A program made the translations under genes and the position numbers. Source: Dehalococcoidia bacterium (GTDB lineage Bacteria; Chloroflexota; Dehalococcoidia; Bin125). From it: a stretch of 64,000 nt of DNA. The stretch is taken from positions 28,645 through 92,644 of the forward strand of contig OZ242948.1 of NCBI GenBank assembly GCA_965211635.1, written 5' to 3'. Of this stretch, positions 50,163-61,332 are shown piece by piece. The notes beneath the pieces are model-generated. The model was given only the letters and a program-made list of their open reading frames with translations. It had not been told where the DNA came from and did not search any database. The stretch's first letter is position 1, and every line of letters begins with the position of its first letter.

Positions 50163-52184
50163 CTACGAGTCGAGCGAGGAGCTGTTCTGGTTGCCGCCCC
50201 AAGCCAGACCGGGCTTGGGCGGCATCAGCGGCTCGAGCTCCTCATCCGCTTCGCCACTTGGAGGCGCGGTAGGCGGAAGTGTCGGTTCGGGTGCGGGCGG
50301 AGGCGGCGTGGGCTGGGGGACGGCGTCGCCGGGCTGCCAGGCCAGAATTGCGCGCAAATCGTCGCCCTCGAGCGTTTCGACCTCCATCAGCCGAGTGGCC
50401 AGCAGGTCGAGCTGCTCGCGGTTGCGACGCAGGATCGTACGGGCGCGGTCTCGCGCGCGATCGATAATCTCGCGCAGCTCTTCGTCAATTTGTTCGGCGA
50501 CCATCTCCGAGTAGTCACGCTGCTCGGAGATGTCGCGGCCCAGGAAGACCATCGATTCCTTCTTGCCGAAGGTGCGCGCGCCCAGCCGCTCCGACATGCC
50601 CCACTGTGTGATCATTGCGCGCGCGATCTGGGTGACTTTGCTCAGGTCGTCGTGCGCGCCGGTGGTCATTTCGCCGAAGACCACCTCCTCGGCGGCGTGA
50701 CCGCCCAGCGCCGAGGCCATGAAGCCCTCGTAATAGCTCTTGCCGGCCAGGCGGTGTTCGGATTCCGGCAGGTAGCGGGTGTAGCCGCCGGCCATGCCGC
50801 GCGGCACAATCGTGACCTTGTGCACTGGGTCGTGACCGGGAATGTGCGAGGCGACCAGCGCATGTCCCGCCTCGTGGAAGGCGACGACTTCCTTCTCTCG
50901 CCCAACCAGCAGGCGCGATTTTCGCTCCGGTCCGGCCATCACACGGTCGACCGCCTCTTCAACCTCTGCCTGGGTGATGTGCTTCTTCTGTCGGCGCGCG
51001 GCGAGGATTGCCGCCTCATTGAGCAGGTTGGCCAACTCGGCGCCGGAGAAGCCGGGCGTCTCCTTGGCGATCGTGTTCAGATCGACCTCTTCGGCCAGCG
51101 GTTTGCCGCGTACATGGACATCAAGGATTGCGACGCGGCCCTTGACGTCGGGCGCGTCGAGCACGACTCGGCGGTCGAAGCGGCCCGGTCGCAGCAGCGC
51201 CGGATCGAGGATGTCGGGGCGGTTGGTCGCGGCGACGACAATCACGTTGGTGTTGGTGTCGAAGCCGTCCATCTCGACGAGGATCTGGTTCAGGGTCTGC
51301 TCGCGCTCGTCGTGCGAACCGCCGACGCCGGCGCCGCGCTGGCGACCGACCGCGTCGATCTCGTCGACGAAGACGATGCAGGGCGCGTTGCGCTTGGCCT
51401 GTTCGAACAGGTCGCGGACGCGGCTGGCCCCGACGCCGACAAACATCTCGACGAACTCCGAACCGGAGATCGAGAAGAACGGTACTCCGGCTTCGCCGGC
51501 CACGGCGCGGGCGATCAGTGTTTTGCCGGTGCCGGGCGGTCCGACCAGCAGACAACCGCGCGGGATGCGCGCGCCCAGGGAGGCGAAACGCTCGGGGAAC
51601 TGCAGGAACTCGACGACTTCCTGCAGCTCTTCCTTGGCCTCGTCGCAACCGGCCACGTCGTTGAACGTCACCGAGGGTCGATTGGCGGTGACCATCCGCG
51701 CCTTGCTCTTGCCGAATGACATCGCCTGCGAGCCCTGCCCCTGCGCCTGGCGCAGGAAGAAGAAGATCAGCCCGACGATCAGCAGGATCGGAAGCAGATT
51801 GAAGAACAGGCCGGCAATCGTCGAACCGAAGCCGCCGCCGCCCGAGACCTGGACGTCGGGAAAGCCCTGCGAACCGATATCGATCCCTTCGCGATTGAGG
51901 AAGTCGAAGAAGTCGAAACCGGTCTCCGGCAGGTTGGTCTGGAAGGACTGCGATCCGTCGCGATAGGCCAAGGTCACCTTGGATGAGGAGACCTCGATCG
52001 TCTCGATCAGTCCGGCGTCGTTTTCGATCCGATCAAGCAGCGACTCCGTGCCGCCCGCCAGTGGGATCTCGTTCGAGCCGCCGCCTCGCGGGAATACGGA
52101 GAAGACGATCACGATCAACACGACGAAGATCAGCAGGTAAATCAGAAAACTGCGCTTGAACCGCGAGCCGCCCATCAACGCCAT
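50163..52184 (-). CDS. ftsH: ATP-dependent zinc metalloprotease FtsH
   Basis: 673 aa. Two TM helices are followed by AAA motifs ([32 protein letters not shown]) and the HEAGH zinc site. Confidence 0.95.
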   Translation of the reverse strand: MALMGGSRFKRSFLIYLLIFVVLIVIVFSVFPRGGGSNEIPLAGGTESLLDRIENDAGLIETIEVSSSKVTLAYRDGSQSFQTNLPETGFDFFDFLNREGIDIGSQGFPDVQVSGGGGFGSTIAGLFFNLLPILLIVGLIFFFLRQAQGQGSQAMSFGKSKARMVTANRPSVTFNDVAGCDEAKEELQEVVEFLQFPERFASLGARIPRGCLLVGPPGTGKTLIARAVAGEAGVPFFSISGSEFVEMFVGVGASRVRDLFEQAKRNAPCIVFVDEIDAVGRQRGAGVGGSHDEREQTLNQILVEMDGFDTNTNVIVVAATNRPDILDPALLRPGRFDRRVVLDAPDVKGRVAILDVHVRGKPLAEEVDLNTIAKETPGFSGAELANLLNEAAILAARRQKKHITQAEVEEAVDRVMAGPERKSRLLVGREKEVVAFHEAGHALVASHIPGHDPVHKVTIVPRGMAGGYTRYLPESEHRLAGKSYYEGFMASALGGHAAEEVVFGEMTTGAHDDLSKVTQIARAMITQWGMSERLGARTFGKKESMVFLGRDISEQRDYSEMVAEQIDEELREIIDRARDRARTILRRNREQLDLLATRLMEVETLEGDDLRAILAWQPGDAVPQPTPPPPAPEPTLPPTAPPSGEADEELEPLMPPKPGLAWGGNQNSSSLDS

Positions 52185-52345
52185 CCCTCATAGCGGCGGG
52201 ATAAGCCAGACGGCTCCCCGCCAGAACCTTAAGCGGACAGTTTCGAGCATATCGCAACGCCTCGGCGCCGTTGGACTGTATGACGTGAGATACGTGAAAT
52301 CTCGGCAATGTGGGCGATGTTGGCACTCTAGGACCAGGATGAGTC

Positions 52346-54208
52346 GTGCCCAATCAGCCGCGGGGCGCGCAGTCCGGGCGTCGGTTACGATTCTCGCAGC
52401 ATGAACGGCGCGAGCCTGCGGCGGCCGGCGACCGGCGACGGGAGCGCAGACCATTGAATCGTGGGCCGCCTTCGGCGCCCGTGCAATACGAAGCCGACCA
52501 GACGTGCCCTCCGCTGGTCGCGCTTGCGGTGGGATTCCAGGGCGCCGCGCTGGTGCTGGCCCCCACGGTCTTGATCGTCGCCATCTCGATCCGAGCGTCC
52601 GGTCTCGACGACACCTATCTCACCTGGGGCGTCTTTGCCGCGCTGCTGATCAATGCCGTTGTGACGGCGCTGCAGGCACTCCAGGCCTGGCGCTTCGGCG
52701 GCGCACACATCGTGATCACCGGCCCCACAGCGCAGTTCATCGGGATCACCGTTGCCGCGGTCTCGGCCGCCGGACCGGACACGCTGGCGAGCCTGCTCGT
52801 CGTCAGTTTCTTCATCCAGGTCGCGTTGGCCTGGTGGCTGCCGACGCTGCGCCGGATCGTAACCCCGGTCGTCTCCGGGACGGTGATGATCCTGCTCGCA
52901 ATCACCATCCTGCCGATCGCAGTTGATAACGTCCAGACCCTGCCCGAGGGCGCTTCGGCAGGTGCAGGGCCGGCGATCGCCGCGGTCACTCTGCTGGCCT
53001 CGGTCGTCATGACTCTCCGAGCCACGGGGCGCTGGCGCCTGATCGCGCCGTTCATCAGCATTGTTGTCGGCTGCCTGGTCACGGTCGCATTCGGCGAGTT
53101 CGATGTCCGACGAGTCGGTGAAGCGAGCTGGTTCGGTGTGCCCGATCTGCCCGACCTGGGCTTCGACCTGACGCCGGGCAAGGAGTTCTGGGCGCTGCTG
53201 CCCACCTTCGCCATTCTCACCTTGACCATGGGCATCAAGTCGATCTCGGACAGCATCGTGATCCAACAGGCATCCTGGCGTCGGCCCCGAGCGATCGACT
53301 TTCGCCAGGTCCAGGGCATGGTCGCCGCAAACGGCGTCGGGATGCTGCTCGCCGGCATCGCAGGGACGCCGCCGACCATGATCTACTCGTCCTTCAGCAT
53401 GACGCTGATCCAGCTCACCGGGGTCGCGGCGCGGCGAGTCGGGTTCGGCGTGGCGATCGTCTTCGTGTTCCTTGCCTTCTTCTCCAAGTTCGCGGCGGTG
53501 TTGCTGAGCATTCCCGGACCGGTGCTGGCCGCCTACCTGATGCTCGCGATGGGCCTCTTCTTCGTCGGCGGCGTACAGACAATCCTGCGCGACGGTCTCG
53601 ATCCGCGTCGCGGTCTGATCGTGGCGCTGGCGATCGCGCTCGGCTTGGGGCTGCACGAGCACCCGCTGATGCGCGACGTGCTGGGCGATGAACTGGGCGG
53701 ATTGCTGGGCAACGGCGTGATGATCGGTGCGCTGGTAGCGATTTCGATGACTGCGCTGATCGAGCGGATTGGCGCCCGCCCGGCTCGCCTGGACGTCACT
53801 CTCGACATGGCCTCGCTGCCGGCGATCGACAAGCTGCTCGCGGGCCTGGCGCAGAGTTTGCAATGGGACGAGGCCTCAACCCGTCGGCTGCGTTCCGTCG
53901 GTGAGGAGACGCTGGCCAGCCTCCTGCCGGACGAAGCAGATGGCAGTCAGGGCGATCCTCCCCGTCTGGTGATCGCGGCGCGGCCTCAGGCCGGGATGGT
54001 GGAGCTGGAGTTTGTCGCGACGACCAGCCAGGAGAATCTCGAGGATCAGATGGCAGTGTTGACACACGAGGCCGCACTGTCGGGAGAAGGCGAACTCTCG
54101 CTCAGGCTGTTGCGGCACTTTGCCTCCAACGTGCGCCACCAGAAGTTCCACGGTGTCGACATCGTCACGGTCCAGGTCGAAGGCAGTCCCGAAGCAGCGC
54201 GGGCCTGA
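52346..54208 (+). CDS. NCS2 (xanthine/uracil permease)-like transporter fused to a ~150-aa C-terminal soluble domain
   Basis: Polytopic membrane region, about aa 55-470 (VGFQGAALVLAPTVLIV...). It is followed by a soluble alpha/beta-looking tail. The start is uncertain: GTG 52481 would remove an Arg-rich leader. Confidence 0.6.
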   Translation: MPNQPRGAQSGRRLRFSQHERREPAAAGDRRRERRPLNRGPPSAPVQYEADQTCPPLVALAVGFQGAALVLAPTVLIVAISIRASGLDDTYLTWGVFAALLINAVVTALQALQAWRFGGAHIVITGPTAQFIGITVAAVSAAGPDTLASLLVVSFFIQVALAWWLPTLRRIVTPVVSGTVMILLAITILPIAVDNVQTLPEGASAGAGPAIAAVTLLASVVMTLRATGRWRLIAPFISIVVGCLVTVAFGEFDVRRVGEASWFGVPDLPDLGFDLTPGKEFWALLPTFAILTLTMGIKSISDSIVIQQASWRRPRAIDFRQVQGMVAANGVGMLLAGIAGTPPTMIYSSFSMTLIQLTGVAARRVGFGVAIVFVFLAFFSKFAAVLLSIPGPVLAAYLMLAMGLFFVGGVQTILRDGLDPRRGLIVALAIALGLGLHEHPLMRDVLGDELGGLLGNGVMIGALVAISMTALIERIGARPARLDVTLDMASLPAIDKLLAGLAQSLQWDEASTRRLRSVGEETLASLLPDEADGSQGDPPRLVIAARPQAGMVELEFVATTSQENLEDQMAVLTHEAALSGEGELSLRLLRHFASNVRHQKFHGVDIVTVQVEGSPEAARA

Positions 54209-54239
54209 CATAACGGCATCGAGCCTTTAGCCTCCTGTT

Positions 54240-54896
54240 GTGCCGCCGCAACGTCCCACCCGCCGTCGCGAACTGCAACACTGGCGCAGCGGCGCGAAGT
54301 GCGTCGCCGGCGTCGACGAGGTCGGTCGGGGTCCGCTGGCCGGTCCGATTGTCACCGCCGCGGTCGTACTGCCGGTCGCTCGGCGACTGTCCTGGCTGCG
54401 GGACCTGCGCGACAGCAAACAACTCACCGCCAAGCAGCGCGAGCGGCTGGCGCCGCTGATTGCCGCCGAGTCCCAGCACTGCGCGATCGCTTGGGTTCAG
54501 GCAAGGGAGCTGGACGAACTTGGAATGTCCGAAGCGCTGCGGCTCTGCTTCCGCCGCAGCCTGGAGCAGCTCGATCAAATGCCAGATGTCGTGCTCGCCG
54601 ATGGTCGCGACGATCTGCGTCTTCCCTGCCCAGCCGAGATGATTGTCAAGGGCGATGCCAGCGTGTCGTCGATCGCGGCCGCGTCGATCGTGGCCAAGGT
54701 CGCCCGCGACCGCTGGATGGTCGAGCTCGACATTCGCTACCCGCAATACGGCTTCGCCCGTCACAAGGGCTATGGCACGGCCGAGCATTTGCGGGCACTG
54801 CGCCAATGCGGGCCGTGTCCTGAGCATCGGCGCAGTTTCGCCCCGGTCGCCGCCTTGAATCAGCCGCGGATGAGTTTCGATGTCGCAGCCTCCTGA
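54240..54896 (+). CDS. rnhB: ribonuclease HII
   Basis: VAGVDEVGRGPLAGPIVTAAVVL, DSKQLT and ASIVAKV..D motifs. Confidence 0.9.
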   Translation: MPPQRPTRRRELQHWRSGAKCVAGVDEVGRGPLAGPIVTAAVVLPVARRLSWLRDLRDSKQLTAKQRERLAPLIAAESQHCAIAWVQARELDELGMSEALRLCFRRSLEQLDQMPDVVLADGRDDLRLPCPAEMIVKGDASVSSIAAASIVAKVARDRWMVELDIRYPQYGFARHKGYGTAEHLRALRQCGPCPEHRRSFAPVAALNQPRMSFDVAAS

Positions 54897-55272
54897 CCGA
54901 CAGAGGCTGGGCGCCGCCGGCGAGAACCTGGCGGCCAGCTACCTCGAGGCGCGCGGTTACGCGATCATCGATCGCAACTACCGTCGACGCTGGGGAGAAG
55001 CCGACATCATTGCCCTCGCCCCGGAGGGCACACACGTCATCGTCGAAGTGCGCTCGCGGAGCGATCGGCGTTACGCGGTCGAGGCGGCGCAGTCGGTGGG
55101 TCCGCGCAAGCAGCGCCAGTTGCTGCGCCTGGCTCACGGTTTGCTTGCGGAGCAAGAGACAGAGATCGACCTTCGAATCGATGTGATGGTTGTCGCGCCA
55201 GACTCACGGGGGCGGCTATCGGTGGTCTCGCACATCGTGGACGCGATCGAAGATGCCGAGGTTGACGACTAA
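54880..55272 (+). CDS. YraN family endonuclease-like protein (UPF0102)
   Basis: RLGAAGENLAASYLEARGYAIIDRNYRRRWGEADIIAL...VEVRSR. Confidence 0.8.
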   Translation: MSQPPDRQRLGAAGENLAASYLEARGYAIIDRNYRRRWGEADIIALAPEGTHVIVEVRSRSDRRYAVEAAQSVGPRKQRQLLRLAHGLLAEQETEIDLRIDVMVVAPDSRGRLSVVSHIVDAIEDAEVDD

Positions 55273-55303
55273 GATGAAGGCAAGCGTCGAGTTGCGTCGG
55301 ATT

Positions 55304-55576
55304 ATGCCGATCTACGAGTACTACTGTCCCGACTGCGTAGGCACGATCGAGGTGTTTCAGCGTCGTTTGCGCGCAGACACCGATCCGCTTCCCGGGTGTC
55401 CTCAGTGTGAGGGCAAGCGGTTGCAGACACGTTTCTCCAGATTTCGATCGCGAACCGAGCTGTCCTTCCCAGGCTTTGGCACGCTCGACGATGTAGACGC
55501 CGACGATCCCGAGTCGGTCGCGGCGTGGCGACAGTCGGCCGGCGCGAATCCCGAATTGCCGAGCGATCTAGTCTGA
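55304..55576 (+). CDS. FmdB-family zinc-ribbon protein
   Basis: MPIYEYYCPDCVGTIEVFQRRL...CPQCEG from the ATG at 55304, which is internal to ORF 55190-55576. Confidence 0.7.
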   Translation: MPIYEYYCPDCVGTIEVFQRRLRADTDPLPGCPQCEGKRLQTRFSRFRSRTELSFPGFGTLDDVDADDPESVAAWRQSAGANPELPSDLV

Positions 55577-55602
55577 GGTGTAAGCCTTGAGGGAGGCATT
55601 CG

Positions 55603-55947
55603 ATGCCGATCTACGAGTACCGCTGTCAACAGTGCGGACACGTGCAGGAACAGTTCCATCGCTCGCTTGATCGAGCAGTCGCGCCTTCCTGCGAGACCTG
55701 CCCCTCCACGGACATGGAGCGGGTGATCTCGCGCTTCGCTACGCCCAAGACCGAATCCCAGGTGCTGGAGCAGTACGGCACGCCCGGCCCGGGCGCAGGA
55801 CCCGACGCCTACCGCGATCCGCGCCAGATCGGCCGCTGGGCCGAGGAACGCTTCGATCAGATGGGGGTCGAGATGCCCGCCGAAGCCAAGCAGATGATCG
55901 ACGCCGCCCGGGAGGGCGATCTGCCGGATCCGGTGAAGGACCTGTAG
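55603..55947 (+). CDS. FmdB-family zinc-ribbon protein (paralogue)
   Basis: MPIYEYRCQQCGHVQEQFHRSL...CETCPS. Confidence 0.75.
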   Translation: MPIYEYRCQQCGHVQEQFHRSLDRAVAPSCETCPSTDMERVISRFATPKTESQVLEQYGTPGPGAGPDAYRDPRQIGRWAEERFDQMGVEMPAEAKQMIDAAREGDLPDPVKDL

Positions 55948-56009
55948 GGCAATCAAGACCTCCCCGTCCGGCACAGACTTGCCCTACGCGTAGTCGCCGA
56001 GTGATCCGC

Positions 56010-56165
56010 CGCTTCCCTTCTCCCCCCGCGAGCTGCCGCGAATCCCCCCGTTTCACTTCTCCCCCCGCGAAGGCGGGGGGCAGAGGGGGGTCCGTGCAGC
56101 TAGCAGCCGTTGCGGACCCCCTTCAGTCGCTACGCAACAGCTTCCCCCAGAGAGGGAAGCGGGAT
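56010..56165. repeat. cluster of GC-rich REP-like elements upstream of hppA
   Basis: The 14-bp direct repeat ttctccccccgcga occurs at 56018 and 56057. The hairpin ccccccgc-gaag-gcgggggg lies at 56061-56080, and gggtccg..cggaccc lies nearby. Confidence 0.6.
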
Positions 56166-56309
56166 TCCAGAGCCCTGTAAATCACTGAATTGCCGCGATC
56201 TGGCCTGAGCGGTAGCCTGCCGTCTGGCGGGACGGTCGGTTTCGCCGCTACCGGTACCGCACGGGTCTGATCTGTTTGACGACTTCGACCTGATCGTGAG
56301 GGGACCTGC

Positions 56310-58418
<2,109 letters not shown>

Positions 58419-58436
58419 GCGAGCTCTTCTGCAGAC

Positions 58437-58517
58437 GTAGGGGCGACCCTTGTGGTCACCCTCTTCGGTAATCGACCGCGCCCCCACAACGGGCAACCAC
58501 AAGGGTTGCCCCTACGA
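58437..58517. repeat. 21-bp inverted repeat (one mismatch) with a 39-nt spacer; bidirectional-terminator-like or MITE-like
   Basis: cgtaggggcgacccttgtggt pairs with accacaagggttgcccctacg. It lies between the hppA stop (58418) and the stop of the minus-strand small ORF (58519). Confidence 0.7.
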
Positions 58518-58518
58518 G

Positions 58519-58674
58519 TCAGCGGGCATCATCGCTGCCTGAGCGACCAGCCCGCTCTCGCTCCGTTTGCTCTCGGATCTGCTCCTGCAGCGCGCGACCG
58601 GCATTGCCGGTGGCGAGAATCGTCAGCACCGCGCCAACCATCACTCCCAATAGCAGTCCGATCAGAAAGCGCAT
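58519..58674 (-). CDS. small YtxH-like membrane protein (51 aa, below the ORF-track cutoff)
   Basis: Minus-strand ATG at 58674 is preceded by GAGGA with 5-nt spacing. The product is MRFLIGLLLGVMVGAVLTILATGNAGRALQEQIREQTERERAGRSGSDDAR. Confidence 0.5.
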   Translation of the reverse strand: MRFLIGLLLGVMVGAVLTILATGNAGRALQEQIREQTERERAGRSGSDDAR

Positions 58675-58742
58675 TGCAATCCTCGCGTACTTCCTTGCTG
58701 ATCAGCGTAGACGGTACGATGTCCCTGAAGGCTGGCTCCACA

Positions 58743-59306
58743 ATGACGACGACCGCCCCGGAACTGCTGACCGCCGATGATCTCCTGCGCCTTCACAGCG
58801 AAGGCGTATACGGCGAGCTGATCCGAGGAGTGCTGCACGAAACCATGCCACCAGGAACTGACCACGGGAAGATCAATGCGAAGCTCACAGCAAGGCTCGT
58901 CACGTTTGTTGAGGGACAGCAGCTCGGAGAGGTCACGACTGGAGATGCTGGAGTTTGGATTGAAGCAGACCCCGATACTGTCAGAGGGCCGGACATTGCG
59001 TTTTTCTCACCCGAACGGATGGCTCGGGGCGTGAGCGTTCCTGGTTACTCGCGGACACGCCCAGACTTGGTTGTCGAGATCGTTTCTCCGAATGACAAAT
59101 CGCACGAGGTCTATGACAAGGCGCGTATGTGGCTGAGCCACGGGGTGCGGCTGGTCTGGGTCGTGCAGCCCCAGAGCCGCACGGTCGAGGTGCACCGAAG
59201 CGATGTCGGCGTGGAAGTCATCGCGAGCGAGGGCGAGATCGACGGCGGTGAGGTGTTGCCCGGTTTCACTTGTCTCGTCAGCGACATTTTCCCGCCCGCC
59301 GAGTAA
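58743..59306 (+). CDS. Uma2-family (DUF820) endonuclease-like protein
   Basis: YGELIRGVLHETMPPGTDHGKINAKL...PDIAFF...PDLVVEIVSPND...KARMWLSHGVRLVWVVQP. The start is ATG 58743 or 58719. The ORF-track start at 58452 runs through the inverted repeat. Confidence 0.8.
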   Translation: MTTTAPELLTADDLLRLHSEGVYGELIRGVLHETMPPGTDHGKINAKLTARLVTFVEGQQLGEVTTGDAGVWIEADPDTVRGPDIAFFSPERMARGVSVPGYSRTRPDLVVEIVSPNDKSHEVYDKARMWLSHGVRLVWVVQPQSRTVEVHRSDVGVEVIASEGEIDGGEVLPGFTCLVSDIFPPAE

Positions 59307-59418
59307 CCCTGCCCGATCTCAGCAGTGCGTTCCCGTTCGCTTTGCCGACTCCGGTGTCGTCGTACGCTCAAGAGACGCTGCGAAAGCCGCCGATAGCCCC
59401 TCCAGAAAGGCGATCTTC

Positions 59419-60738
59419 ATGACGACTGCGACCGACGTTTCGCTCGACATCCTGGTCTCGCTCTGCAAGCAGCGCGGGTTTGTCTTTCCCGCCTCCGAGA
59501 TCTACGGGGGATTCGGATCGACTTACGACTACGGACCATTGGGTGTCGAGTTGAAGCGCAACGTCAAAGAGCTCTGGTGGCGCTCGGTTGTACGCGAACG
59601 CTCCGACGTGGTCGGGCTGGACTCGGCAATCATCCAGTCGCCGCGCGTCTGGGAGGCATCCGGTCATGTGCAGAACTTCCACGACCCGATGGTTGACTGC
59701 CTCGAGTGCAAGGGCCGCTTCCGCGAGGACCATCTCGAAGGCCCCGAGTGCCCGACCTGCGGCGTCGTCGGCAAGTTCACGGAGGCGCGCGAGTTCAATC
59801 TGATGTTCCGCACCCAGGTCGGACCAGTCGCCGACGACGGCGCGCTCGCTTATCTGCGACCGGAGACGGCCCAGGGCATCTTCATCAACTTCGAGAACGT
59901 GCTCACTTCAACCCGACGGCGTCTGCCGTTCGGCATTGCGCAGCAGGGCAAGTCGTTTCGCAACGAGATCACACTGGGCAACTTTATCTTCCGCACGCGT
60001 GAGTTCGAGCAGATGGAGATGGAGTTCTTCGTCGCGCCCGAGGAGTCGGACGAGTGGTATCGCCGCTGGATCGACCTGCGCGAACAGTGGTACGTCGACC
60101 TCGGCATCGACCCGGCCAACATCCGCCGAGACGTGCACCCGGCGGAGAAGCTGTCGCACTACTCGGCCGGCACGACCGACCTGCAGTACCGCTACCCATG
60201 GGGTTGGGACGAACTCGAGGGCATTGCTAACCGGACCAACTTCGACCTGACCCAGCACGGCGAGTCGTCGGGCAAGCGGCTCGAGTACTTCGACCCCCAG
60301 ACCAACGAGCACATCGTGCCGCACGTGATCGAGCCCGCCGCCGGCGTCGACCGGATCATGCTCGCCTTGCTCTGCGACGCCTTCACAGTCAGCAAAGACG
60401 AAAAAGGCGACGACCGCACCGTGCTTGCCTTCAACTCGCGCGTCGCGCCAATCACCGTGGCGGTGCTTCCACTATCGCGCAAGGAGCCGGTCGCCAACCT
60501 CGCCCAGCAGATCTGGGACATCCTCCGACCCCACTGGACGACGCAGTATGACGACACCCAGTCGATCGGCCGCCGCTACCGCCGCCAGGACGAGATCGGC
60601 ACTCCGCTTTGCGTCACGGTCGACTTCGACTCCCTGGAAGACGATGCCGTCACAATCCGCGATCGCGATACGCAAGAGCAAGTGCGCGTGAAGATTGAAG
60701 AGCTGGTTGACGCACTGAGAGACCGGCTGGGGTTTTAG
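59419..60738 (+). CDS. glyQS: glycine--tRNA ligase (dimeric GlyQS type)
   Basis: 439 aa from the ATG at 59419. Contains LCKQRGFVFPASEIYGGFGSTYDYGPLGVELKRN, YLRPETAQGIF, FRNEITLGNFIFRTREFEQMEMEFF and PHVIEPAAGVDR. Confidence 0.93.
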   Translation: MTTATDVSLDILVSLCKQRGFVFPASEIYGGFGSTYDYGPLGVELKRNVKELWWRSVVRERSDVVGLDSAIIQSPRVWEASGHVQNFHDPMVDCLECKGRFREDHLEGPECPTCGVVGKFTEAREFNLMFRTQVGPVADDGALAYLRPETAQGIFINFENVLTSTRRRLPFGIAQQGKSFRNEITLGNFIFRTREFEQMEMEFFVAPEESDEWYRRWIDLREQWYVDLGIDPANIRRDVHPAEKLSHYSAGTTDLQYRYPWGWDELEGIANRTNFDLTQHGESSGKRLEYFDPQTNEHIVPHVIEPAAGVDRIMLALLCDAFTVSKDEKGDDRTVLAFNSRVAPITVAVLPLSRKEPVANLAQQIWDILRPHWTTQYDDTQSIGRRYRRQDEIGTPLCVTVDFDSLEDDAVTIRDRDTQEQVRVKIEELVDALRDRLGF

Positions 60739-60746
60739 GCAACATT

Positions 60747-60776
60747 CGATGCCCCGCGTCGGAGCGCGGGGCATCG
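60747..60776 (+). terminator. hairpin after glyQS (perfect 12-bp stem, weak T-tract)
   Basis: The sequence is cgatgccccgcg-tcggag-cgcggggcatcg. Confidence 0.5.
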
Positions 60777-60888
60777 GATTCGTGCCGCACAGACACAACG
60801 ACGCTGCCGCGTTACGGCGGTTGGCCAACAGATTGGCCCACCCCGACGCGGCAGCGTTCTGATTCAACTCTGACAGAATCGGCCGCGA

Positions 60889-61170
60889 CTAGGGGGCAAG
60901 CTCGGCGACTTTGGAGCGGGCCGCGTCGGGGTCGTCGAACCACTCGGCGTTGATCTCGGTGAAGACCTGCCACTCATCCGGCACGTCGTCCTCGGAAAAG
61001 ATGGCGGTCACCGGGCAGGCCGGCTCGCAGGCGCCGCAGTCGATGCACTCGTCCGGCGAAATGTAAAGCATGCGGTCGTCATCGTCCGCGTGGATACAGT
61101 CCACCGGGCAAACCTCGACGCAAGACTGGTCCTTCACGTCGATGCATGGTTCCGCGATCACATAGGTCAT
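60889..61170 (-). CDS. ferredoxin (FdxA-like, 7Fe type)
   Basis: 93 aa from the ATG at 61170: MTYVIAEPCIDVKDQSCVEVCPVDCIH...CIDCGACEPACPV. The upstream part of the 147-aa ORF is not protein-like. Confidence 0.85.
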   Translation of the reverse strand: MTYVIAEPCIDVKDQSCVEVCPVDCIHADDDDRMLYISPDECIDCGACEPACPVTAIFSEDDVPDEWQVFTEINAEWFDDPDAARSKVAELAP

Positions 61171-61332
61171 CGATTCGTCCTCTCGTCCGCTCGTCCTGCG
61201 TCGCGCCGACAGAGGCACAACCGCGACTACAACACTTATAGGACGGCATCCGACTGTTCGCAATAGGCGAACGAGTTTGCTGCACACACTGACGTTTACC
61301 CTCAGAGTTGTCTCGAAGTCGGGAGTCGCCAA

